A stretch of DNA of 64,000 nucleotides from Okamejei kenojei (Eukaryota): contig CM069137.1 of the NCBI GenBank assembly GCA_035221665.1, positions 75,082,001-75,146,000 on the forward strand. Reading direction: 5' to 3'. Positions 25,356 to 38,464 of this stretch are shown here, piece after piece. The notes beneath the pieces are model-generated. The model searched no databases. It had not been told where the DNA came from and worked only from the letters and a program-made list of their open reading frames with translations. How positions within the stretch are numbered: the first letter of the stretch is position 1; each line of letters starts with the position of its first letter. Position numbers and translations under genes: made by a program.

Positions 25356-28300
25356 GTTGGGTTGCTCTTGCAGCTTCCCCAGCTCCACAGTAAAACAGAA
25401 TCTCTAATGTTTATAATATACTATTGTGTGCGCATGCTTAAGTACTCAACTAGTAAAAATGAAAAAAAAACAATACTCTTATTACTAAGCGTTAAGATTA
25501 TATTCAACAATACTCTTGAATGTTGCTATGAACATCCATTTGCTCCTCGTTGGGCTTTACACCGTATAGTTTATTCACATGCGAGCTGAACTAGTCAAAA
25601 TATTCATCGTATGTCTGTACACTACACCAATCATCCGCGAGGGTCTTGGTTTCCATGGAAATGGGAGAAAATGTAATTTATGACTCAGTGGTTGAAGATT
25701 TCCACGTATGTGTGACACCTCCACATATTCCGTGCTCTTATAATGTTTAATTCTTAACTATGTAAAGGTGACCCGGTGCAATTCTTCCTTCAATGACTCG
25801 TAACACATAATATAGTTAGATTAAGGTTTTAAAAAATAAACGCGGAGCAGCGAAAATAATTTTACAGTGATACTCTGAACATTGTCAAAGATGGTTGCTT
25901 TTTATAAAGAGCCACATGGAGGCGCACTCCAGCCCATGACCACGACCGTACTTTGCAAACGAGGTCTGTGGCAATGGCTTTCGGAGATGAACATGAAATT
26001 AATTGAAATAACGTGAAGCGGTAAAGTTCTGTTGCCATCAGATATCTGGAGCAGCAGGCCGACGAAGGTAGTTAAGTGAAAGGGAGTTCGTTGTAATGGT
26101 AAACTGCGATTTTTTTTTTATTGGTTTGGTTTATTAGTCGCTTCGAAGAAAAAAAATCTTCATGTGCTCGCTGGAATGAGTATAAAATCATATTTATTAA
26201 AAAATGCCCCAATGATATTTCTCCAAAGGGTACGTTCAATGTTACTTAGTTTATTTGTTAAAATCGTTGATCAGATGTGTTTGACGTAGAAATGTTGGAC
26301 TTGCATCCATGGGGCCGAACAAAGCTTTTGTAACGAGCAGTAGAAAAAAAATAGGTTTGGGAATTATTTATCTAGCAATTTCAAATAATAATTGTAAATG
26401 TATATAGTAAACTATAGGGAACATAATATTTCTACTTCCAAATTCCGAGTAACGTGAAAATAGCTAAGGCGAACAGATAAATGCTGAACAGTTACGTTCA
26501 CATCCTGCTGATGTGGCCGGTTGAAATGCCAGCACACCCTCTTTTAACCAACGCTTTCTGATTATTGCTTCTCCAAGATCTCTCCTCATATCTTACCCAC
26601 TTTCCAGAGTGCTTTACAAAAGTATAAAGCATATAGTGAAGAAGGCCGCCTAACGTTTCAGCTTATACATTCCACCTCGATAATAAAGAATGTTAAACCA
26701 CAATATTAATTTCCTTAAAAAGAGGAAACAATTCATGTCATCGTTTGAATTTCTCCTTTCTTTTGCAAAAGTGGAAATATTGGAGGAAACATGTACTTTA
26801 GCAATGAAAAATGTGCAGCTACCGCTTTATATCACTGACAATAGAGACGAACGATATTTGTCAGTGACTTATATAATTCTGATCATATTCCATCAGCTGT
26901 TCAAGTGGAATCAAATGTGCACTCCACTGGACACATTTAAAATGTGAAATGTTCATCTTTCTTTCAAAATGGGAATAGTTTTCAAGAATTATCTCTATTA
27001 TACACAAACAAATACTCCTTCATCTGGCAATTCAAAAAAAAATCTCCACATTAGCAATGTATTTCATAATAGGCAACCGTTGATCAGGGTAAATGGCAGA
27101 AATTACAACTTCATCTCCAATAATATGTTGACATTAATTGGGTACATTTGCTTTTCACCCATAGGCCCATGCTAGCGAGCTTAAGATCACAGTCTGGCCG
27201 TGATTTCTTATTTCGCGACAACGGGGAAGTTCATCCTTAGCAGAGTATCCTCGCATCATATCGCACTTTTTATTCCATTTTTGTGGGGAAATTTCGATCC
27301 TTTTGTCCTCGTAAAAATCACCTTTATTGCAGTTTAAAATGACGAGAAACTATTCTGGGAGAGTTTATTGTTTATCTGCCTGTTCATTTTATAAGGCCAT
27401 AAAAATAGTGCGTGTCTTTTGCTCAGATAAAATCCCGCCGAAAATGCATGGACATGTATTATTTGAACAGAGGGAAGTTAAGACTCTTAGATCGCCGATC
27501 GTTTAGTGATAGCAAAAATCGCAAAGGTTTATTTATGTGACAAGGAGTGAAGTGATTTAAATATGAGGAGTTGTGTTAGTAATTTGCAATTTGTAGGCAA
27601 GCGTAATGAAAGCGGCAGCCGTGTACACAATACATTGGCTTTCATACACAATTTAGCTGAAAACATTCGATGAAGAAAAATATTTCCTTAGTATCTACAG
27701 GTGGTAACATTAAAACAAAGTTTGTCAAAGAACAACCGCGGTGGTACTGCCGAACGCTTAACATGCATTTTGGCCGGATGTTTATTGAAAATTTAGATAA
27801 CAAGGAAGATTTTCGAACAGTCCTTTTCAGTGTTTATCCGAGGAGCTTTAAGCTGAAAGACCAGGTTGAAATTGATGGCATGCTCCAGATGATAATAATT
27901 TTAAAATTTGACATAGAAATATGGAGAACGTCCGAATATCAGACTAAAAGTGCAGGATATAAGTGGACGGCGGTCTCTGGGTCATAAGACCACCGCAGTT
28001 TAGGCTAATGAGGAAACCAAGTGGAATGAAAGAAGGGATAATACGCTAATTAACTCCATAAGGAAAACAAAATAAATTTTATCCGACGAAATGAGGCGAC
28101 GATTTTGAAGTGCTTGGTCAACATTTTTGGAGAAATTAATAATAGTCTTTGTATTATTTTGTTAGGAAAATTATTATTATAAGCTATGTGTTGGAGAATG
28201 GCGAATCTGTTATATGGTAAATCACTGCAAACATAATAAAGTTGCCTCCATGTTCCTGCTTAGCTCTAATATCCATTTAGCTACCAATATATAAAATCCT

Positions 28301-29870
28301 TTCAGCAAAACAGATTCCACATTGGTGCTTTAAAGTATTACGAGGTTTTAATTAAGCTCCATCATTAGAACTAATTTAAGGAGGATTGTACTTAGGTTTC
28401 CCCCCATAAACAGCTTATAACTACGTTATTAAACATGGAAGTATCGTTCGGAGACTAATCACTCACACTACTATCTAAGTACTACTAACACAACAATTCC
28501 TTTGCTGTAACTTGGCTCGTCTTCCAGTGAGCATACCCAGACGATAACAGTGGTTTGATTCTATAATAGTCTCTCCTGCCTACTAGGACACTTTATATTG
28601 CAAAGAATACATATCCGTTAATTCCAGTGCATCTGTAGTCGTTATATTTTATGAGTTTTTTTCGTACAAGGGATTTTAGGATACAGGTTTGCAGACACCA
28701 TTTTACTTAAGTTCATTGAAATTACGAGTTGTCCTATGTCATTGAGAACTTTAAAAAAGTTAATTTGTGTAGTTGGCTTGTAATTTTTAGTGATTGGTAC
28801 AATGCGATTTTCTGTTTGATGCACATAATATCCCACTATTATTAATTTTACTGAACATATTACAATAATTAACATAAATAAGTAATAACCATGTACACAA
28901 TTGCTGAAATTGCTTTGCAAATTTAATAAATCCTCTACCTAGTAGGATCAGTTTATAACTGATGCATATCCACACACATACACCAATATATGATTATGCC
29001 TTGCCACAGAATTTTGCGGTCACTAATTCATTTCATTTGAACACATTTGGAGCAAGAGTAAATGTTATTCCGATTAGCATGGTATGCCGTTTACTGAGCA
29101 ACGCGGTGCCCTATTGTGGGTGGAAAGGAATGAGGTCCATGGTGAAAATGCATTCGAACTATGCCTGGCCTACTTTAAGTTCAAGGCAACACTTCCATCA
29201 AACACGAGAAGATTTGGACACCACAATTTCTACAGGAAAGCAGTTTTATATAATGTCAGCCAGAAGACGCCAAGTTCTCGGACTTTCAAGGCAGAGCGAA
29301 GCATTTTTTGTCTGGAAAATGAGCAGCATTGGTTTCTAACGTAGGATTTCTCTTGGTTATATGCTTCTGTATACCCGTAATCATCACCAGGCTGATTTGG
29401 TCAATGTTAATCTAATAGCGTCGATATTAAAAAATAATATTGGACTATAGAGAAGTCAGGCGCGTTCTCAACTAACCGTGGCTTATGTACTCAAAACAAC
29501 CGAGATTCTCTAATTGCATGTAATAGTTATTTAAGTATCATGTTCTAGGTATAGCGTGCTCTCTACATGTGTTTACTGAATGGCATCTGTAACATTGAGA
29601 GTCTGTTTCATTTTACTAACACGTATGCTACATTAGTATTTAGGTTGTGCCAACTTTAAGGTTTGAGGACTACAAATTGATGACGGAGAAAATAAGAAAT
29701 AATATTTTAAAAATGTATTTCCCTTGCATTTTACTATTAATCACCGCATTGGTATCCAATGTTCCAAGACGACAAGTGAAGGAATGTGTGTTCCTGCTTT
29801 GCCTTCGGTTAGAAGGAAAGGTTTGCACATGAGCACTAATAAGTTGCATGAACATTATCAATGACGAAGT

Positions 29871-30043
29871 TTTAAAGAAGGAACTGCAGATGCTGGAGAA
29901 TCGAGGGTACACAAAAAGCTGGAGAAACTCAGCGGGTGCACCGTCTCAACTGGATGCATGCAGCATCGTTAAGGACTTGGTCAATTTATTGTGAGGAGAC
30001 CCAACGAGATAGGCGACGTTTCGGGCCGAGACCCTTCTTCAGG
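29871..30043. mobile_element. Interrupted copy of the same short repeat family inside the cluster
   Basis: aagaaggaactgcagatgctggagaatcgagggtacacaaaaagctggagaaactcagcggg ... ataggcgacgtttcgggccgagacccttcttcag matches 78-178, with the central part replaced or rearranged. Confidence 0.8.
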
Positions 30044-31699
30044 GACAGTCTTCTGACTTTGAATTAACAACGTTGAACTTAAAATAGTAATGTGAAATAG
30101 GGTCGATTAGTTTACAAAATGTGGTACAAAATATAGTTTCACAAATACCAGTTTTCAACTGTAGGGATGCAGATTGTCTAATAAAATGGTATACATTTGT
30201 GCCTGATTTGAATGATCCGCGCATGCCTACCTTATTATCGATGTTCACGGCCATTTTTGTATAATTTTAAATGTTTAGCACAAGACTAAGATTGACCAAA
30301 TTCTGAATCAATTACCGAGTGATGTCATTACATTAAAAAAAATAAAAGAAATGGCGCAGCCGTGACAACCTTGACCCTGAATCTGTCCCCTTCACACTTC
30401 TTGGTGTGAAGTAGGAAATATCGTTAGTTTTATGTGGATGTCAAATTGATCCTCCATAGCTGATCCCCATCGAGCTGGTTTTCCTAATAGTCATCAGTGA
30501 ATGTGTGCTCTTATTTGGCATTTTGCCTCGAGAAGCGCAGAGAGGTCAGAAAGCGCTTGCTACGGGTAAGAGCACAAATAGCATGAGCATCCGTCATACT
30601 AAATTGAACAAACACCGAGCGGTGGACCCCAGGAGGGCGTTCTGGCAGCGTTTCTGTTACCTTACATGATAGTTCGATTTTGAGAGGCTGACACCTTTTC
30701 GTCCTATTATGGAAAATATTTCCACCGATCATCATCGGCGATGGAACAGGGAGAACGTGGTAAGAACTCAACCTTAAGGGAGAGTTTTTAGAATAAAGTA
30801 ATAAAACCCAAGCGCCAATAATCTTCATTAAAGGCCATTCTCTGCCCTAACAAATTAATGAGAGGTTTTGCAAACGCGGCGCTTCCTCTCCCACAGTCTT
30901 AAATCTTGTATGTCCGTGTAAATTTTCGCACGCAAATACCGCATTAAGAAGTGTGCATTGTCACCCCGAGGTGTTTCTGGCTTTTACCCAGCATTGACAT
31001 TTTGTATAATAGAAAGCATAGGCGCCCACCGTGGTGAGGGTGGGAAATAGACATTTTTTTTCTCACGAAGATTTGGTTTAACTTGCAACGAAACATTTGC
31101 AGATGTGAAACGATTATTTAGAGAGCAAAAAATTTACTGATGAATTCTGGAACGGATAAACAGGAGCAAGGAATCTACCGATGAATACCAATGTGGATGG
31201 AGATGTTGATTCCACGCATCGATTTCACAACACACTTGTTCAATGCCAAAACACCGAACGGCCGCATTGGTTCTACGTGGGTATAAGGTATCCTGCACAC
31301 ACTGGACACCCTTTTGGTTTGCAAAATTACGATAGGTATCAGCACTCTGCTCTGCATTCGTTTCATTGCGAGGAGGTTTACGGTGTAATAAGAAATGCCT
31401 GCAGTTAGTTTTTATCGATCGACGTCTTTGTTGTTAGAATTTCTAGGAACTAAAACGTTGTTGTACTTTTAGCAAACAGACTACAACCGGAATGCTGATT
31501 ATTTTCCCGTTGATGGCAGGGATGAGATTGTACAACGTAAACGCTGCATGCGTTAAAGGATTTGAGTGGGGCTCTGTGCGCAGATTAAAGTGAACAGGAG
31601 CGGGCGCCGCTTTGGAATTGGGTTTGTAGGTGTCGCTGTTGTCCACAGTTAAGATCAAATTCAACTGCCTGGACATCATGTGATGTTCGGGGAGGTAGT

Positions 31700-31839
31700 G
31701 CCTCAAGGCCACTTTCAAATTCCATTGGCTCGGTAGTCATGTGGCCGCACAGAGGCTTCCACAATTACACAGGGAATGTTTTGTTAGAGATGTCAGCTTA
31801 CAAAGGACATCCTCTGCTTTCTTCAAATTGCTCTCCAAA
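31700..31839 (+). promoter_or_regulatory. HoxD10 promoter/5'UTR
   Basis: ATTGG (31724) followed by GTCATGTG (31736); the leader agagatgtcagcttacaaaggaca resembles recalled Hox10 5'UTRs. Confidence 0.65.
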
Positions 31840-32578
31840 ATGTCCTGTCCCAATAGCTCTCCCGCTACCAACTCGTTTTTAGTAGATTCCCTGATTAGTG
31901 CTTGCAAGGGTGACAGCTTCTATTCAAACAGCTCCCTGTACACGCCGTCGAGTATGGACATGGGAACTTACGGAATGCAGACCTGTGGACTGTTCCCGAC
32001 CATGACTAAACGAGGAGAGATCACCCATCAAAATATGAGCATGAGCGTTCATCCGTATTTATCTCAGGTAGATGGTTGGGCTGACCATTCCAGACCATGT
32101 CGAATTGAGCAACCTGTTACTCCTCAGATGCCCACGTGTTCTTTTCCTACTAGCATAAAGGAAGAAAGCACTTGCTGCATGTATAATTCTGATAAGCGGG
32201 TCAAAGTAAACCCTACCACAATTCCCACCTATTCCAGGCTGGTATCCGAAAGCTGTTCTATTGAGAACCCTGAGATTCCCATCCCGGGATATTTCAGACT
32301 CTGCCAGGCTTACCCACTAGAGAAAAGTCTGGACTATAATCACAGCGGAGAGCTCAGTTCCAATGTAATGCCGCATTCAAACCCTGGGTTTATCAGTAAA
32401 CTTCAGGTGTCCGACCCATCTCCAGCGGAAACGAAAGTAAACGAGAAACCAAACGCACAGGAATCCATAAAGGGGATATATGTGGAAAGTCCAGAGCCAA
32501 AGCCGAGTTTACTGGAGGCCAATGCAACCGCCAAAGACGGCGAGTCTGGCTCGGAACTGTCGGACAAAGAGGCGGAAG
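31840..32578 (+). CDS. HOXD10: Homeobox protein Hox-D10, exon 1
   Basis: [29 protein letters not shown]...[11 protein letters not shown]...CRIEQPVT...[10 protein letters not shown]...PGYFRL is the HoxD10 signature; donor GAAG|gtgagc, phase 1. Confidence 0.96.
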
Positions 32579-33630
32579 GTGAGCGATGGAAAGATTTAAT
32601 GTGAACATGGCAGTATTGTGCGCTGATACAAAACCTTACATTGCCATTATAATGCGGGATCTATGGTGGCGATATATTTGGCAAGTTGTATGTACTTTTG
32701 TTCAATTATTTCCCTTTTAATAAAGACATTGGATATTAAGGTGAACTGTTGGTAATTTTGCTTAATAACGACTGGTAAAGACACAATAAAGGCCAGCACA
32801 GATGGTAGATACGGTAATGTACCAACCTTCCAGTACCAAAGACGATATTTATGAAGAATGACTATTCATATATTAATTCTATAGACGTACTTTGGTGTCT
32901 TGCAGTGTAAGTTACTTGCAACATTTCCGACTTGAAAGGTTTGAAGGGGAAGTATTAACATTGTCAATTGGCTTGAAATACTTTACATTAAATATATAAC
33001 ATATTATTATAGCCTGAGGGGGGGAAAAGTTCCATTCAAATACATTGAAATATTGCTAGCCGTTTATAATCATAAATTGGAATCGAGCCGCTTTCTAAGA
33101 GCCAGCCGTGATACGTTTAATGTGAAGATTTACTTCTGGAATTACTGTCAGCATATTTGTGCTGTCGGTATCATAGAATCACAACATTTAGTTATTAATT
33201 TGAAAAAAACGACCTATTATTGGGGGATAAAACCTGTGATCTGAAAGCAGCAGCTCACAGGTAATAACGTTACCTGCAAACCCATTGTGTTCGTGTGAGT
33301 AGGGTATATTTGGGTAGATTAACAAATCTCTGCTAAATTGTTCAAATTATATGAAAAAAAGTATTCTGTAGCATTATTTGCCAAACTGCAAATATATATT
33401 TTCAATAACTTTAATGAACCACATTTATTTTTCCAATTATAATAATTTGTATCGACTTTTGTAAATTAATTTGACCAATGAGTAACTTATTAATTTGTTG
33501 GCGTTGCGAATAACTAATTAGGTCGTAATTTTTTTTTGTATTTAATCCTAAGTGTTGAGCCTTAAATGCACTGCATTGTGTAAGAGGCGTGTTTACCAGA
33601 ATCTCATTTCTTGTTTCTTACTTCTGATAG

Positions 33631-33902
33631 AAGAGACCAAAACTCCGATAAGCAACTGGCTAACAGCAAATAGTGGAAGGAAAAAGAGATGTCCTTATAC
33701 AAAACATCAAACTCTGGAATTAGAGAAAGAATTTTTATTTAATATGTATCTGACTCGTGAGCGCCGTCTAGAGATAAGTAAGTGCGTGAATCTGACCGAC
33801 AGACAAGTGAAGATCTGGTTTCAAAATCGCAGAATGAAGCTGAAGAAAATGAGCAGAGAAAACCGAATTCGAGGACTGACCACTAACCTGCCCTTCTCGT
33901 GA
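33631..33902 (+). CDS. HOXD10: Hox-D10, exon 2 (homeobox)
   Basis: Acceptor cttctgatag|AA; [73 protein letters not shown]. Confidence 0.97.
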
Positions 33903-35422
33903 GCGTGGAAAACGGATTCGATAATGTAGTGTCTTACTGGGGGTTGTGGAATAGGGTTTGTTTATCCTCTCTGGGATATTATGGTTAATTCGGATTTCAG
34001 TGTTTTAGCGTTAAGGTTGTCCGAATGTACAATAGCACGTTTACCTTAGCAAGAATATTTCCATTTAAGAATGTTCTATTGAATATAAGGCCAATCGTTT
34101 TACTTTGCGTAGCAGGGTCAAGTTTAAGTTGAGCAATTTGAGTAACGTTTACCGTTTTTCACAACACTATTTGAATCACAGTGACACTTAAACCATGGTC
34201 ATATAAATACAATATTTAGGTCTGTAGACGAACTTATTTTGGCCATTTTCTAGAGAGTGCGGTGGAGTGGTAATGCACATTTCGTTTATTTATATGCATG
34301 ACTGTTGCACGATTTATAAATTTAGGACACATATATATATATATTTAGGATATATTTAGGACATATATATATATCCTGAATTATATTTCAATATCTTTAA
34401 CTCTTTTACAAGAAGGGTAGTCTTCACTAATATCCACCAAGTTACTCGTGGGCAAAATGGGATCAAAATGTTTTAACTACGACAAATACTGATCTGGCTG
34501 AATAAATTAAATATAATCATGCGATTCTGAAATAAATTCTATCTAATTTCCTAAAATATCATAAAGGAATGCGCATTTGTGAGTATCAAGTGGCCTACAT
34601 TATATCTGAGGGTAGTTTCCTCTATTTAAATTAACGCAAAGAGCAGAATTATCCCGAAGAGTGAACGCGGTTTGATTATGGGCACATAATTTGTAAATTT
34701 GCGGATTAATTCATCCAAATAATGTTTATACTTTTCTCCCGAGGTATAAATGAATTTGAGTAAATACGGAATTCATCATATTTATTGGTATAAATCATCT
34801 CCCAGAATAGAAATGGGTAAATATCAATGTTTGGGTTATGAAGTACAAAAAAGCCATTTGTCACAGAAATATGTACATATTGTAATAATAATATGTTTTA
34901 TTGACGAAGAAAAAGTTCACGGTTAAGCATTGTTTATTTGAGTTTTACTTTCACGGTATGAAAACCATATTTCAATGAGTCCTTGGGATAACCAAGACGA
35001 GATATTCCGACGGTTTCAATGTAAATGACAATTCCGCTGCTCACGTGTTAATATCCCGTCAGAAATAAAGTGAGTATCTTTGGTGGCAGTCAGGATCAAA
35101 TGTTATGAAATATTTTCGTTGTTCTGATGAGTCGAGGTTGCAACCTGTAAATATTCCCCGCTGCAACTAAAACAAAAGAATAGTTTTAGTGGCACGATTA
35201 GGCATCTTGATATGTCTAATACTCTAATGCATGGTTTTAAGATGCAAATGCACTGGTGAAATAGAAGTTCTCACCAGATTTAAAAATAAATCAAACTGTA
35301 ATTCAAAAATGAACAAAAAGGAACGGTGGGATAAAGGATGAATTCGTTGCAACCCATTTGACAAAAATAGGTTGAATCTAAGCAATAAAGGGCTTCAAGA
35401 GCCAGTACCATGTATGTTTATA

Positions 35423-35474
35423 GAGTGAAATTCTATTATTTCTAAATATTTTTTAAAATAATAGAATTTCACTC
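35423..35474. repeat. Perfect 19-bp inverted repeat with a 14-nt spacer
   Basis: gagtgaaattctattattt (35423-35441) / aaataatagaatttcactc (35456-35474). Confidence 0.95.
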
Positions 35475-36861
35475 CTAATGGCCGCATCGTTAAAAAAAGG
35501 GGGAATTACATTTAAATTTGAAATTGTAAGAATAACTATTCGACAAATGGTTGATATTACGAACTTTATAACATTGATAAATTAAATAAAATAGCATGAC
35601 TGCTCGTATTTTATTATACTTGAAACATACCAAGATTCAGAAACGTTTAAAATTGCAGTGTGCACAAGGACACATTGTAAGAAATTAAACCAGAACAAAC
35701 GCACCAATGGGATTAATCGTGTCAAAGGGCAAAATAAAAATATTGTTTTTACATAATGCGAACCAAAACATGAACATTTGCAATGTTTGTTTTGTATAAT
35801 ATTTATTTCGACATTAATTCTGACTAATGCTAAATAAATTATTTTCACCCAGTTTGTTCTAGATAAGTGGGCAAAGGAACAAGTCTTTCTAATTTGTTAT
35901 TAATCACTGCCGTCTATATTCAAATGGGAAAGTAAATAAAATAATTCTTTTTTGGTAAGTTTAAACGCGCATTTACTTAATATTCCTCCATAATAATAAG
36001 AATTTCGGTGGTGTTATACCTAGTTGGGTTTTATCGAATCCCAGTCGGTGGTGAAAGATTATAAAGTATTTAACAAGCCTGCTTCTCTTCTGTATAATAC
36101 AATATAACACAAATACACGATTATTTATCTCTAACATATTATTATTCGAGTACTTAAATGGTAAGGCATTGTGTTAACTACATCACCTCTTTTGTAAATA
36201 GTAAATAATAGTAAATTACTTGGCGAGCAACAAAATGGCAGCCAACGAAAAAATTATGCTCTTCGATTAAAGTAATTTTATGAATGATAGTAAATTTTAC
36301 AAACATGAATGTGGTAAACAGCGAACCTCATCTAACGTTTATTTTAAATAACTCTAAAGGCACGCAAATGCAATCCTCGCTTCAGGGTCTGCTATCGCTG
36401 CATCTCTCCATATAAACATTTTACGTATAATTCTTTAAAGTCACGGGAGAAAGGTAAAATGTTGCATTTTTAATTTGCAAATGGCACGGGGCAGCAGCGT
36501 TGGACGTATTAGTATTCATTCAACGCACCAAACAAGTGACACTTTGAAAACAAACCATTCAATCAGTTAGCCGCCACAATGTACATATCCATATGTTGTC
36601 TCAATTCGGCAAGATGGTTATTCGATAATATTACCTGGCAGCACGGAGTAGCAAACTAAAAAAACAAAGGTGTATTTTCAAGAATGATCATAAATAGACC
36701 AAAAGGGTCTCTGTGCAAATGTTGCGCCATGTGAAGTAATGTAACAGAACGGTTACAACTGGAGAAGATTCTGGTCTTCCGTAATGATCTATTCAACTTT
36801 TTATTTTGCTTATACAGAACAAACATTAAGCAATAGCGTTTGTGACTATAAACTCACGTAC

Positions 36862-37045
36862 NNNNNNNNNNNNNNNNNNNNNNNNNNNNNNNNNNNNNNN
36901 NNNNNNNNNNNNNNNNNNNNNNNNNNNNNNNNNNNNNNNNNNNNNNNNNNNNNNNNNNNNNNNNNNNNNNNNNNNNNNNNNNNNNNNNNNNNNNNNNNNN
37001 NNNNNNNNNNNNNNNNNNNNNNNNNNNNNNNNNNNNNNNNNNNNN
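36862..37045. other. Assembly gap (184 N)
   Basis: Run of N. Confidence 1.
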
Positions 37046-37270
37046 TCCTGAGATTGGCTGTGTTATTGGCTGTAAACGAATCATGGTGAATGCCAAGATT
37101 GCTGAACCATTCTTGGCAATATAAAAAAAACCCAAAGTTCAATAACTAAACTGGAAATAGAACTTCTGCAATGTAATTCTAAAGATACTCCTTTTTTATC
37201 AACGAAGTTCCGTCCATTTTTATTTTGTCATGGAGGACGGGCATCGAGTGGCATTTCTGTAGAAACACGC

Positions 37271-37474
37271 ACTCCCTGTACATCAGTTCAACGTCGGTCA
37301 TGTTTTAAAACTCCGAATTCAATCTTACCGACCTCTGCTCATCGACTCATTCCGATTTCTCCATCGTATCACTCCCTGTACATCAGTTCAACGTCGGTCA
37401 TGTTTTAAAACTCCGAATTCAATCTTACAGACCTCTGCTCATCGACTCATTCCGATTTCTCCATCGTATCACTC
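37271..37474. repeat. 100-bp tandem duplication
   Basis: 37271-37370 and 37371-37470 are identical except C37329/A37429. Confidence 0.97.
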
Positions 37475-38305
37475 AGCGGGTGCGGTGATGAGCGTTTATG
37501 TTTAAATATATATTCCCCTCTGCTCTGTACGATGGTGCAATGAACTGCGATTAACAGGCGATGGACCAGAGGCATATTTACAGGCAGGAATATTGTACCT
37601 TTGTGGGAATATTTGGGCGTCCACTGTTGATTAAACATACTTTACAGTACCAAAGTAGGCCTGTTTTATTAAGGACGCATTAATGTATAATCAAATACAC
37701 CTCATAAAATTTTTATTGATGGACATAAAAACATTTATGGTGGCTTCTGAGTGTAGACTCCAAGGCAGAGGAAGAGCCATTTGCTTCAAATGTGGTGATA
37801 TTTAAAACAAATGAAAGTCTCCGGCGAAGAAATGAAATGGGGGCAACTAAAACAAAGGCAACTAATTGATGATATTTTAAAGGATAGGTTTAAATCCTTC
37901 ATTTCACGACGTATTTTACTTACTTTATGCGAGACGCAACTCAATGATCTGTGAAAGCTCTCATCTAAACAGAGTATATGTACAACATAGAAACACCAAC
38001 GTACCTCGAAGGTGTTTTCTTGCCGCTTTATTGCACTAACAAATATTTGCTCTTGACACAGATCATGGACTACGCGCTGCTGATTATGAAATGAGTGACA
38101 TACTTTAATTAGAAAATAGTCCCCTGCTTCTCGACAAGCTGTTTTTTGGGGTCAAAAAATGCACGGAGGGTTAGTCCTTCTGACCCCCAGAAGAAGATTT
38201 CCAACGTTCTTGATCGAGCGAGTTTTTTTTTTTGTTTGCTCCACTGACAATATAATATTTTATTTCTCCTAAAGCTGGTCTAGGCCCAGATGTGGCCACA
38301 CCGAT

Positions 38306-38405
38306 GGGCGGATTGATTTACTCTCTGTATTGGTAAATACAGTCACGTGAATCGCGCAACCAATAGCTGCAGCTGCAGTCGGCAAAATACTATGATTGTT
38401 CAGAG
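38306..38405 (+). promoter_or_regulatory. HoxD9 proximal promoter
   Basis: GGGCGG, TGATTTAC, ATTGG (38329), GTCACGTG (38342) and CCAAT just upstream of the ATG. Confidence 0.65.
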
Positions 38406-38464
38406 TGAAGGTATCAGATACACTTCCCAGTGTAACCTTTTCTATGAAAGCGAGAGAGGCTAAA

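Noticed and set aside
25340-25356. CTCF site at aggcgcctggtggc
   Set aside because: Only the first half (CCACCAGG, minus strand) matches the consensus, so it was left out of the CTCF list.
34113-34118. miR-10 target site in the HoxD10 3'UTR
   Set aside because: Only a 6-mer (CAGGGT), which is expected by chance.
35124-35152. CTGATGA plus hairpin as another hammerhead
   Set aside because: The stem is followed by GTAAA rather than GAAA, and the geometry does not fit.
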